A stretch of 49,063 nt of DNA from Brevundimonas sp. Its GTDB lineage: Bacteria > Pseudomonadota > Alphaproteobacteria > Caulobacterales > Caulobacteraceae. Below, piece after piece: positions 1-8,656 of the stretch (positions are counted from its first letter, which is position 1; each line of letters opens with the position of its first letter). The notes under the pieces are model-generated. The model was not told where the DNA came from and ran no database searches. It saw only the letters and a list, made by a program, of their open reading frames with translations. The stretch covers positions 1 to 49,063 of the forward strand of contig JBALUZ010000001.1 in NCBI GenBank assembly GCA_036963825.1. The letters are read 5' to 3'. Both the position numbers and the translations under genes were made by a program.

Positions 1-2
1 CC

Positions 3-482
3 GGCGAGGTTGGCGAGGTCTATTTCCGTCCCGCGACAGGGGTCGGTTCGACCTATCACTATCTGGGAAGCGACGCCCGGCGCATCGGCGAGTGGGAATC
101 GCCCGGCGACCTCGGCAGCGTGGACGAGGAGGGGTATCTCTATCTCTCTGACCGGCGCAATGATCTCATCATCTCGGGCGGCGCGAACATCTATCCGGCG
201 GATGTCGAGGCGGCCATCGAGGCCCACCCCCAGGTTCGCGGCAGCGCCGTGATCGGCCTGCCCGACGAGGAGTGGGGCGCCGTGGTCCACGCCATCGTGC
301 AGCCGGCCGAGGATGCGACCCAGGACGCAGAGGATCTGCTGGCGTTCATCGGCGGCCAGCTCGCGCGCTTCAAGCTGCCCAAGAGCATCGAATTCACCGA
401 CGAGCCCCTGCGCGACGAGGCCGGCAAGGTGCGCCGCGCCGCCCTGCGCCAGGCGCGGCTGGACCGCACCGCGACGGTCTAG
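3..482 (+). CDS. AMP-binding acyl-CoA synthetase, C-terminal part (5' end outside window)
   Basis: Frame open from nt 3 (GEVGEVYFRP...GDLGSVDEEGYLYLSDRRNDLIISGGANIYPADVE...GKVRR), the ANL adenylation C-terminal motifs. Confidence 0.9.
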   Translation, partial: GEVGEVYFRPATGVGSTYHYLGSDARRIGEWESPGDLGSVDEEGYLYLSDRRNDLIISGGANIYPADVEAAIEAHPQVRGSAVIGLPDEEWGAVVHAIVQPAEDATQDAEDLLAFIGGQLARFKLPKSIEFTDEPLRDEAGKVRRAALRQARLDRTATV

Positions 483-1237
483 GCCGCGGGCTTGCCGGGT
501 CTGGCCTTGCGCGCAGGCCGGGCCGCGGACGGGGGCTTCTTCCGCCCGGCGCCGCGGTCGGTCCGGCTTTTGTAGAGGGCGTCGAAGCCTCCGGCCATGA
601 AGGTGACGAACCGCTCGCGGACCGCCGCGAAGTCGTCGGAGGCGCACAGATTGTCTGACAGCCGGTCAATGCGGCCCGTCCGGGACAGGATCAGGGTGTA
701 GGCGCCGGAGGTGAACTGGAAGCTCCAGAACAGGTCCTCGGGCTCTGCGTCCGGCAGCGCCTTCTGCAGCAGGCCGATGAGCCGCAGCACCAGCGGATCG
801 AAATAGGTGTCCATCTTCTCGGCGCCGTACCCGGGCGCATTGTTCACCTGGGCGAAGATGCGTCCGAAATTGCGCCAGCCCTCGTCCCCGTTGATGTAGA
901 CGTCGAAGGCGCCGTCGTAATAGGCGCGCAGGGCGCCCTCCACCGTGGGGTGGTCCCCCGCTTCGGCCTCATAGGCGTCCAGACCCGCCGTGCGTGTCGT
1001 CACCGCGTACTGCACGCGGCGTTCGAACACCGCGTCGAACAACGCCTGCTTGCCGTCAAAATAGTAGTGGATCAGCGCGGGATGGATGCCCATCCGGTCC
1101 GCGACGTCCTTCAGGGTGACGCCGAAATAGCCGAGCTGCGAAAAGAGATCTTCGGCCGTGTCGAGGATCAGCTTCGTGGTCGCGGCGCGCTGCTCGGCCC
1201 GGGTGCCGCGCCGCTCGCGTTTTGGCGCTGCTGCCAT
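479..1237 (-). CDS. TetR/AcrR family transcriptional regulator
   Basis: N-terminal HTH ILDTAEDLFSQLGYFGVTLKDVADRMGIHPALIHYYF. ATG at 1237 preceded by AGGAAGG. Divergent from the TBDR. Confidence 0.92.
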   Translation of the reverse strand: MAAAPKRERRGTRAEQRAATTKLILDTAEDLFSQLGYFGVTLKDVADRMGIHPALIHYYFDGKQALFDAVFERRVQYAVTTRTAGLDAYEAEAGDHPTVEGALRAYYDGAFDVYINGDEGWRNFGRIFAQVNNAPGYGAEKMDTYFDPLVLRLIGLLQKALPDAEPEDLFWSFQFTSGAYTLILSRTGRIDRLSDNLCASDDFAAVRERFVTFMAGGFDALYKSRTDRGAGRKKPPSAARPARKARPGKPAA

Positions 1238-1344
1238 ACTGTCCGGCCTTCCTGAACACACGCTGCGGGCGCCGTCACGCCGGCGTCCGATGACGGGACG
1301 ATGGGGCAGCGCCTGCGGCCGGTCAAGAACGGGAATGGGATTGG

Positions 1345-1398
1345 TTCACTTGCGAATAAATGAACTTGACGTTCAGATTTCATTTAGTGCTAAATGAA
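1345..1398. promoter_or_regulatory. Two related 20-bp palindromic operators flanking a TTGACG -35 element (likely TetR sites)
   Basis: TTCACTTGCGAATAAATGAA (1345-1364) and TTCATTTAG-TG-CTAAATGAA (1379-1398, perfect 9-bp arms). TTGACG at 1366-1371; GCTAAAT -10-like element inside the second operator. Confidence 0.7.
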
Positions 1399-1469
1399 TG
1401 AACATCGACAGACCGCCCGACTGAAGGGCGGCGGCGAGGAAACGGCGACCCGCCACAGGGGAGGAAAAC

Positions 1470-4109
1470 ATGTCCATGAAGACCACGCGGCAGCTTGCGC
1501 TGTCAGGCACATCCATCATCGCCGCGATGCTGGTCACGGCCGGGCCCGGGCTCGCCCAGACCGAAAGCCCGCAGGAGGACTCCGGAACGCCGCCCGACGA
1601 GGTCGTGGAAGTGTCCGAAGTCATCATCACCGGCACCAGCATCCGGGGCGTGCCGCCCACGGGCTCCAACCTCATCAGCATGTCGCGGGACGACATCCAG
1701 ACGATCGGCGCGGCCAACACCCCGGACCTGCTGGCCAGCGTGCCGCAGCTCAACAGCTTCAACACGGCGCCCTCGCCCAGCCTCGGCGGCGTCGGCTCGT
1801 TCGCGCCGGGCATGCGCGGCCTGCCGGCCAGCGCGACCCTTCCGCTGATGAACGGCCACCGGCTGGTGGCCGCGGCGGCCAACGAGACCAATCCCGACTT
1901 CCCCCTGATCCCGAACCTGGCGATCCAGCGGGTGGAGGTCGTGGCGGACGGGGCCTCGTCGATCTACGGGTCGGACGCCGTCGCGGGCGTGGTGAATTTC
2001 ATCACCCGCACACGGGTTTCCGGCGTGGAGGCCTCCGCCAGCTACGGCGCGGCCGAAGACTACTATTCGGGGCATATCGGGGTGCTGGCCGGGCGAACCT
2101 GGAGCCGCGGGTCCGTTCTTGCAGCCTACCAGTACACCGAGACCGACAACATCACCGGCGGCGACCGCGACTATCGCCTTCAGGACTTCCGGCCCTACGG
2201 CGGCATCGACGCGCGCGGGATCAACTGCCCGTCGCCCAATGTGCTGGTCAACACCACCTTCTACTCCGTCTTCTACGCAGCGCCCGATCTGGCGCCGAAC
2301 ACCCAGAACTTCTGCGACAATGGCGCGCCCGCCGACATCCTCCCGGCGTCCCGGACCCACAGCCTGTTCCTGTCGGGCCGTCAGGACCTGACCGACCGCG
2401 TCTCCCTGTGGGGCGAGCTGCTGTACACGGACCGGCAGGACGACATCCGCGTCTCCCCGCCGGTCCAGTCGGTGGCGATCACCAGCGCCAACCCGTTCTT
2501 CCAGGCGCCGCCCGGCTCCGGCGCCACCGTCGAACTGGTGCTGTTCCGGCCGGACAACCTGATCGGCGACGACCACTTCCTGAACACGGACGAACGCAGG
2601 GTGGGCAACTCGTCCCTCGGCGTCGACGTGACGCTGCCGCGCGACTTCGAGCTGACCGTCTACGGCACCTTCGACTGGGCCGAGAACGTCGCCTTCCTGC
2701 CGACGATCAACGCCGGCGCGCTCGCGGCCGCGGCGGCCGGAACCACGCCGTCGACGGCGCTGGATCCGTTCGGCACGGGCACCGCGCCCGCGGTGGTCGC
2801 CGCCATCCTGGATTCGTCCACCGCCGTCACCATCGACCAGGAGACCAACCTCGGCGCGGCGCGGCTGAGCGGCCCGCTGCTCGACCTGCCCGGCGGGGAG
2901 CTGAAGGTGGCCGTGGGCGCCGAGTTCCGGCGCGAGACGTTCCAGCAGCGCGGCTTCGTCGGCGCGACGCCCGTCCCGGAGAATCTGGAGCGCGACATCC
3001 GGTCATTCTACGGCGAGGTGTTCGTCCCCATCGTGGGGGCGGATAACCAGGTCCCGCTGGTCCGCAGCCTGGCCCTGTCGCTGTCGGGTCGCTACGACGA
3101 CTACAGCGATTTCGGCTCGACCACGAACCCGAAGGTCGGCCTCAGCTGGGAGCCGGTCGAGGGCGTGGGCGTGCGCGCCTCGTACGGCCAGTCCTTCAGG
3201 GCGCCGGGCATGCGCCAGGTGGGCGCGACGGTGGGGGCCTACTATCTGGACGCCGCCAGCGCGGCCGTCGGGGCCAACGATCCGACCCGCGGCGCCGCGC
3301 AGGTCAACACCATCTATCTGCTGGGCGGCAACCGCGACCTCCAGCCGGAAGAGGCCACCACCTATTCGTTCGGGGTCGACTGGACGCCGGCCGCCGTGCC
3401 GGGGCTGCGGGCCAGCCTGACCTATTACAACATCGAGTACACCAATGTGATCGGCACGCCGTCCACGGCCCTGGTGTTCACGGACCCGACGTTCGCCTCG
3501 GTGGTCTATCGCGACCCCACCGCCGCGGAGCTGTCCAGCCTGCTGTCCATCGCCGTGCCGGTGAACCTGCCCTCGCCGCTGCCGACGATCGGCAACCTGC
3601 TGGACCTGCGGCTCAACAATTTCGGCATCCGCGAGACCGACGGCCTGGACTTCGACGTCAGCTACCAGTGGGCGACCCGCTTCGGCGGGGCCTATGCGGG
3701 CCTGGCCGGGAACTACATCCTGAACTTCGACAGCCAGCAGTCGCCGGCGTCTGCGGTCGCGGACAACCTGGACCTGGGCGTCGCGCGCTCCACCCTGCGG
3801 GGCACCCTGGGGCTGGACATGGGCTCGATCAGCCTGGTGGGCTTCGTGAACTATCGCGACGGCGTCACCAACAACTTCGCCACCCCCACCGGGGTCAGCT
3901 CCTACCAGGCCGACGCCTACACCACCGTGGACCTGCGGGTCAGCTGGACCCTGCCGGATTCCGGCTGGACGGAGCGCACCGTCCTCGCGCTGCAGGTCAA
4001 CGACCTGTTCGACCAGGACCCGCCGTTCTTCCCCGCCACGGACGGCATCGGCGGGACCTACAACCCCATCGGCCGGTTCGTCGGCCTCAACCTGCGGAAA
4101 ACCTTCTGA
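1470..4109 (+). CDS. TonB-dependent receptor
   Basis: Signal peptide, EVIITGTSIRG, plug motif IQRVEVVADGASSIYGSDAVAGVVNFI, beta-barrel ending in Phe (LRKTF); RBS GGAGG. Confidence 0.96.
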   Translation: MSMKTTRQLALSGTSIIAAMLVTAGPGLAQTESPQEDSGTPPDEVVEVSEVIITGTSIRGVPPTGSNLISMSRDDIQTIGAANTPDLLASVPQLNSFNTAPSPSLGGVGSFAPGMRGLPASATLPLMNGHRLVAAAANETNPDFPLIPNLAIQRVEVVADGASSIYGSDAVAGVVNFITRTRVSGVEASASYGAAEDYYSGHIGVLAGRTWSRGSVLAAYQYTETDNITGGDRDYRLQDFRPYGGIDARGINCPSPNVLVNTTFYSVFYAAPDLAPNTQNFCDNGAPADILPASRTHSLFLSGRQDLTDRVSLWGELLYTDRQDDIRVSPPVQSVAITSANPFFQAPPGSGATVELVLFRPDNLIGDDHFLNTDERRVGNSSLGVDVTLPRDFELTVYGTFDWAENVAFLPTINAGALAAAAAGTTPSTALDPFGTGTAPAVVAAILDSSTAVTIDQETNLGAARLSGPLLDLPGGELKVAVGAEFRRETFQQRGFVGATPVPENLERDIRSFYGEVFVPIVGADNQVPLVRSLALSLSGRYDDYSDFGSTTNPKVGLSWEPVEGVGVRASYGQSFRAPGMRQVGATVGAYYLDAASAAVGANDPTRGAAQVNTIYLLGGNRDLQPEEATTYSFGVDWTPAAVPGLRASLTYYNIEYTNVIGTPSTALVFTDPTFASVVYRDPTAAELSSLLSIAVPVNLPSPLPTIGNLLDLRLNNFGIRETDGLDFDVSYQWATRFGGAYAGLAGNYILNFDSQQSPASAVADNLDLGVARSTLRGTLGLDMGSISLVGFVNYRDGVTNNFATPTGVSSYQADAYTTVDLRVSWTLPDSGWTERTVLALQVNDLFDQDPPFFPATDGIGGTYNPIGRFVGLNLRKTF

Positions 4110-4111
4110 TT

Positions 4112-5434
4112 GTGACCGAGTACGCCGTGAAAGCGTCCCCGCAAGCGCCGCATGGCGAGGACCTGGCCCGTCGGCACGGCCTTGATCCCGCAACGCTCGC
4201 CACGGTTCGACCCGCCCTCGAGGCGTTCGTCGACCGGGGCGAGCTGGCGGGGGTCGTGACCCTGGCTTCGCGCGGGGGCGAGATCGTCCACGCCGAAGCC
4301 GTCGGCTGGCGCGACATCGAGAGCCGGGCCCCCATGCGGCCCGACACCCTGTTCCGCATCGCCTCGATGACCAAGCCGATCACCTCGGCGGCGGCCCTGA
4401 TGCTGGTCGAGGAAGGACGGATCGCCCTGGACGATCCGATCACGCGCTGGATTCCGGAACTGGCCGATCTGCACGTTCTGCGCGATCCCGCCGGGCCCCT
4501 GCATGACACGGCGCCGGCCGCGCGCGCCATCACCGTCGAGGACCTGCTCACCCACCGCTCGGGCATCGCCTACGCCCCGTTCTCGGAGGGTCCGCTCAAA
4601 CAGGCCTATGAGACGGCCCTCGGCGATCCGGGGATGAACCGCTCCACGCCCGACCAGTGGCTGGCGGCGCTCGGAACCCTGCCGCTGGCCTACCAGCCCG
4701 GCGAGCGCTTCCACTACGGTCATTCGTCGGATGTGCTCGGCTTCCTCCTCGGGCGGGTCGAGGGCAAGCCGTTCCGGCGGGTGCTGCAGGACCGGATCCT
4801 CGGGCCGCTCGGCATGTCCGACACCGATTTCTGGCTCCCCCACGACAAGCGGCGCCGCCTTGCCAGCCTGTACGCCTATAACGCGGGGGCGGACGGGCTC
4901 GTGAAGGTCGAGCCGGAGATGTACGACGAGCCGCCGGGCTACACGCCGGGCGGCGGCGGGCTGATCTCGTCGGCGGCGGATTATCACCGGTTTGCGCGCA
5001 TGCTTCTGAACCAGGGCGAATTGGAGGGGGTGCGGCTGCTGCGCCCGGAGACGGTCCGGTTGATGCACGCGAACCGCCTGACCGACGCCCAGCGGCGGTT
5101 TCCCTTCGCGGGCATGGATCTGTGGTCCAGGTCCGGCTTCGGCCTGGGGCTGTCGGTCGCCGAGGACCTGACGGACAACCCCTATGCCTGCGGCGCCCCC
5201 GGCGCGTTCACCTGGCCGGGGGTTTTCGGCACCTGGTGGCAGGCCGATCCCGCCAACGATCTGATCCTGATCTATCTGATCCAGCACCAGGTCCCGGTGT
5301 CGGCCAACTCCGGATCCACCATCGCCACCGGGCGGGGCGCTGCGGGACGGCGGGCCCTGCCGGCCTTCCAGCGCGGGATCTACGACGCCCTGCGGCGGGG
5401 CGCGGGCCTCGCCAACGCGGAGTCGGCGGCGTGA
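4112..5434 (+). CDS. Serine hydrolase, beta-lactamase/family VIII esterase type
   Basis: FRIASMTK (SxxK), LLTHRSG, PGERFHYG, GGGGLISSAADY. Start uncertain (GTG 4112 or 4127). Confidence 0.88.
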   Translation: MTEYAVKASPQAPHGEDLARRHGLDPATLATVRPALEAFVDRGELAGVVTLASRGGEIVHAEAVGWRDIESRAPMRPDTLFRIASMTKPITSAAALMLVEEGRIALDDPITRWIPELADLHVLRDPAGPLHDTAPAARAITVEDLLTHRSGIAYAPFSEGPLKQAYETALGDPGMNRSTPDQWLAALGTLPLAYQPGERFHYGHSSDVLGFLLGRVEGKPFRRVLQDRILGPLGMSDTDFWLPHDKRRRLASLYAYNAGADGLVKVEPEMYDEPPGYTPGGGGLISSAADYHRFARMLLNQGELEGVRLLRPETVRLMHANRLTDAQRRFPFAGMDLWSRSGFGLGLSVAEDLTDNPYACGAPGAFTWPGVFGTWWQADPANDLILIYLIQHQVPVSANSGSTIATGRGAAGRRALPAFQRGIYDALRRGAGLANAESAA

Positions 5435-6240
5435 GCGGGCGACAGGCCGCCGCCGGGGAAGGCCATGCCGAGGTCGCGGGCGGACGCATCCGCTATCTGG
5501 ATCGGGGCGAGGGAAGCCCGGTCCTGCTGGTCCATGGCGCCTTCGGCAGTGCGGCCAATTTCCTCGACAACGCCTTCAGCCGTCAGCTCGCGCCAGGCCG
5601 TCGCCTCATCGCGCCGGATTCCCTGGCCCACGGCGCCAGCAGCGCGCCGCAGGATCCGGCGTGCTACGGCGCGCGCGCCCGGGCGGATCATCTGAAGGCG
5701 GTGCTCGACAGGCTCGGGATCGAGCGGGCGCATGTGGTCGGCTATTCCATGGGCGGCTGGATGGCCTCGGCCCTGGCGACCTTTCACCCGGAACGCGTGG
5801 CGTCCCTGGCCATCGGCGGCTGGGACGTGGCGAACGGCATGTACACGCCCGCCGCCGCCTGGGGCCTGCCGGAAATCACCTATGAGATCCTGCGCGACAT
5901 GGTGGCCCGGGAGCGACCTGATCTGGTCTCGTGGGTGACGCCGGAGGGGGAGCCCGGTCTCGCGGCGGCCGTCAACGCCATGAACGACCTGGCCGGCCTG
6001 GCCGAGGGCGTGGCGCGATGCCCGGCGCCTGTCGCCCTCTGGATCGGCCGCGACGATCTCTATCACGACGCCGGCCGCCGCTTCGCCGAAGCGAACCGCC
6101 TGTCCTTCATCAGCCTGCCGGGCGACCATATGTCGGTGCTGGACCAGCACGGCGTGGAGGCCGCCGGGCGTGTGGACGCCTTCATCCGAAAGGCCGCCGC
6201 GCCCGGCGTCGCGCCTGCAGTGAACAGAACCGGGCGGTAG
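5431..6240 (+). CDS. Alpha/beta-fold hydrolase
   Basis: LLVHG oxyanion loop, GYSMGG nucleophile elbow, PGDH His. GTGA overlap with the upstream stop. Confidence 0.88.
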   Translation: MSGRQAAAGEGHAEVAGGRIRYLDRGEGSPVLLVHGAFGSAANFLDNAFSRQLAPGRRLIAPDSLAHGASSAPQDPACYGARARADHLKAVLDRLGIERAHVVGYSMGGWMASALATFHPERVASLAIGGWDVANGMYTPAAAWGLPEITYEILRDMVARERPDLVSWVTPEGEPGLAAAVNAMNDLAGLAEGVARCPAPVALWIGRDDLYHDAGRRFAEANRLSFISLPGDHMSVLDQHGVEAAGRVDAFIRKAAAPGVAPAVNRTGR

Positions 6241-6248
6241 GGAAGATC

Positions 6249-7736
6249 ATGGCCGTTCAACAGGGCGCCGCCGCCCATGACGTCGTCGCCGCCACGGCCC
6301 GCAGCGCGCCGCTGACGAGGCGGTTCAAGGCCGCCTACGGCGCCGGCTCCCTGGCCGACGGCCTGGTCGCCGCCGGATTCGGCTTTTTCCTGCTGTTCTA
6401 TCTCACCGCCGTGTGCGGCATGTCCGGCACCCTGGCGGGGACGGCGAAACTGATCGCCCTTCTGGTCGACGGCGTGGCGGACCCGGCCATCGGCCTGGCC
6501 AGCGACCGGCTGCGCTCGCGCTTCGGCCGCCGGATCCCCTTCATGGTCTGCGGCCTGATGCCCTTCGCCGCCTCCTTCGGCCTGCTGTTCTCCATGCCGG
6601 AGTCCCTGACCGGCATGACCCAGTTCATCTATGTCACCGTCTGTCTGGTGGTGCTGAGGTCGTCGCTGTCCTTCTTCGTGCTGCCGTTCACCGCGGTCGG
6701 CGCCGAGGTGACGGACGACTACAGCGAGCGGGGCAGCATCGTCGCCTTTCGCCTGACGTTCCAGAACGCGGGCATCCTGCTGGGGGTGGTGCTGGGCCTG
6801 GGCGTCTTCATGGCCGGTCCGGAAGGTCTTCTGGGGCGCGAGAACTACGTGCCCTACGCCTGGACCTGCGCCGCAGTGATGATGATCGCCGGGCTGGTCG
6901 CCATCGGCGCGGTTCATGGGGCGCGGGGGCGCCTGCACGCGCCCGAAGCCGGCGGCGGAACCTTCCTGGCCGGGTTCGGGCGGGAGATGATGGAGCTGTC
7001 CCGCAACCGCTCGTTCCTCGTCCTGTTCGGGACCGTCCTGACCTATTTCCTGGCCTATTCGGCCCACGTCTCGCTGGCCCTGCACGCCAGCCGGTATTTC
7101 TGGAACCTGGACACCACGGCCATCCAGTTCATCCTGCTGAGCACCACCCTGGGGCCCCTGCTGGGCGGCCCCATCAGCGCCTTCGCCCTGCGGCGCATCG
7201 AGAAGCGGACCCTTTCGATCGCCGCTTTCCTCGCCATCGCCCTGTTCCTGATGTGGCCGCCTCTGCTGCAGCTGTACGGCCCGGCCCCGCTGACCCCCGA
7301 CGTCGCCGCCGTCGTGCTGTTCATCAACGGGCTTCTGGTCGGCACCTCGATCATGATCGGAGGGATCGGCTTCCAGTCGATGCTGGCGGACACCGCCGAC
7401 GAGCACGAATGGCTGTTCGGCGTCCGGCGCGAGGGTCTGTTCTTTTCCGGCCTGACCCTGGCCTACAAGGCGGCGTCCGGTCTGGGCGGGCTGATCGCAG
7501 GCATAGGACTGGACCTGATCCGGTTCCCGACGGACCTGGCCTCGCGCGGCCCCGATTTCACCATCCCCCCCGAGGTGCTGGACAGGCTGGCCCTGATCTC
7601 CGGCCCGCTGCCGGCGGCCTTCGCGGCACTCTCTCCCCTGTTCCTGATCGGCTACCATCTCACGAAGACGCGGCATGCGCAGATCATCGCCGATCTGGAA
7701 CAGCGCAACGCCGCCAGGTCCGGAAAGACCCCATGA
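6249..7736 (+). CDS. MFS transporter, GPH (MelB-like) family
   Basis: About 12 hydrophobic segments; DGVADPAIGLASDRLRSRFGRRIPF; EVTDDYSERG; GVRREGLFFSG. Confidence 0.9.
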   Translation: MAVQQGAAAHDVVAATARSAPLTRRFKAAYGAGSLADGLVAAGFGFFLLFYLTAVCGMSGTLAGTAKLIALLVDGVADPAIGLASDRLRSRFGRRIPFMVCGLMPFAASFGLLFSMPESLTGMTQFIYVTVCLVVLRSSLSFFVLPFTAVGAEVTDDYSERGSIVAFRLTFQNAGILLGVVLGLGVFMAGPEGLLGRENYVPYAWTCAAVMMIAGLVAIGAVHGARGRLHAPEAGGGTFLAGFGREMMELSRNRSFLVLFGTVLTYFLAYSAHVSLALHASRYFWNLDTTAIQFILLSTTLGPLLGGPISAFALRRIEKRTLSIAAFLAIALFLMWPPLLQLYGPAPLTPDVAAVVLFINGLLVGTSIMIGGIGFQSMLADTADEHEWLFGVRREGLFFSGLTLAYKAASGLGGLIAGIGLDLIRFPTDLASRGPDFTIPPEVLDRLALISGPLPAAFAALSPLFLIGYHLTKTRHAQIIADLEQRNAARSGKTP

Positions 7737-8656
7737 GCCCCACGCCGCCCTTCCCTTCCCCGCAAGCCGAAAAGATCAGACTGGACGGCCGGGTCGCCGT
7801 CATCACGGGGGCGGGCGGCGGTCTGGGCCGGGCCCACGCCCTGTTGCTCGCCAGACGCGGCGCGCGGGTGGTGGTGAACGACATGGGCGCGGCCGCGGAG
7901 GACGTCGCCCGGGAGATCGCCGCCGCCGGCGGCGAAGCGATCGCCGCCAAAGGCTCCGTCACCGACTACGCCTTCGTCGAGGCGATGGCGGGCGAGGCGA
8001 AGCAGCGCTGGGGCCGCATCGACATCCTGGTCAACAACGCCGGGGTGCTGCGCGACAAGAGCTTCGCCAGGATGGACCTGGATGACTTCCGCCTGGTGGT
8101 CGACGTGCATCTGATGGGCGCGGTGAACTGCACCAAGGCGGTGTGGGACGTCATGCGCGAGCAGAATTACGGCCGCGTCGTCATGACCACCTCGTCCTCG
8201 GGGCTGTTCGGCAATTTCGGCCAGTCCAACTACGGCGCCGCCAAGATGGCCCTGGTCGGCCTGATGCAGACCCTGGCGCTGGAGGGGGCGCGCTACGGCA
8301 TCCGGGTGAACTGTCTTGCGCCCACCGCCGCCACGCAGATGATGGAGGGCATACTGCCCGCCGACATGCTGAAGCTGCTGAGGCCCGAATATGTCAGTCC
8401 GGCCATGCTGGCGCTGGTGCGCGAGGACGCGCCCAACCGCACGATCCTCTGCGCCGGCGCGGGCGGCTTCGAGGCGGCGCAGGTCGTCATGAACAGCGGG
8501 GTCCATCTTCCGACCGGCGATGATGCGCCCGAGGCCGTGGTCGCCCGCTGGGACGAGATCATCGACATGACCGACGCCTTCACCCCCGACAATGCACTGG
8601 AGCAGAGCCGCCTGGAACTGGCCAAGGCCGGTTACGAACCGGCGGACGCAGAATGA
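7733..8656 (+). CDS. SDR oxidoreductase (MFE-2/HSD17B4-like hydroxyacyl-CoA dehydrogenase type)
   Basis: TGAGGGLG, NNAG, GNFGQSNYGAAK (YxxxK). ATGA overlap. Confidence 0.92.
   Translation: MSPTPPFPSPQAEKIRLDGRVAVITGAGGGLGRAHALLLARRGARVVVNDMGAAAEDVAREIAAAGGEAIAAKGSVTDYAFVEAMAGEAKQRWGRIDILVNNAGVLRDKSFARMDLDDFRLVVDVHLMGAVNCTKAVWDVMREQNYGRVVMTTSSSGLFGNFGQSNYGAAKMALVGLMQTLALEGARYGIRVNCLAPTAATQMMEGILPADMLKLLRPEYVSPAMLALVREDAPNRTILCAGAGGFEAAQVVMNSGVHLPTGDDAPEAVVARWDEIIDMTDAFTPDNALEQSRLELAKAGYEPADAE

Noticed and set aside
479-482. Convergent genes sharing CTAG stop overlaps (also 42964-42967)
   Set aside because: Common compaction feature; no evidence of a special function.
3668-8656. Apparent long N-terminal extensions or fusions (ORFs from 3668, 5122, 5931, 6413; likewise 32158 and 46545)
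   Set aside because: Upstream parts overlap real genes in another frame and are Arg/Pro/Gly-rich junk; true starts sit at or near the upstream stop codons.
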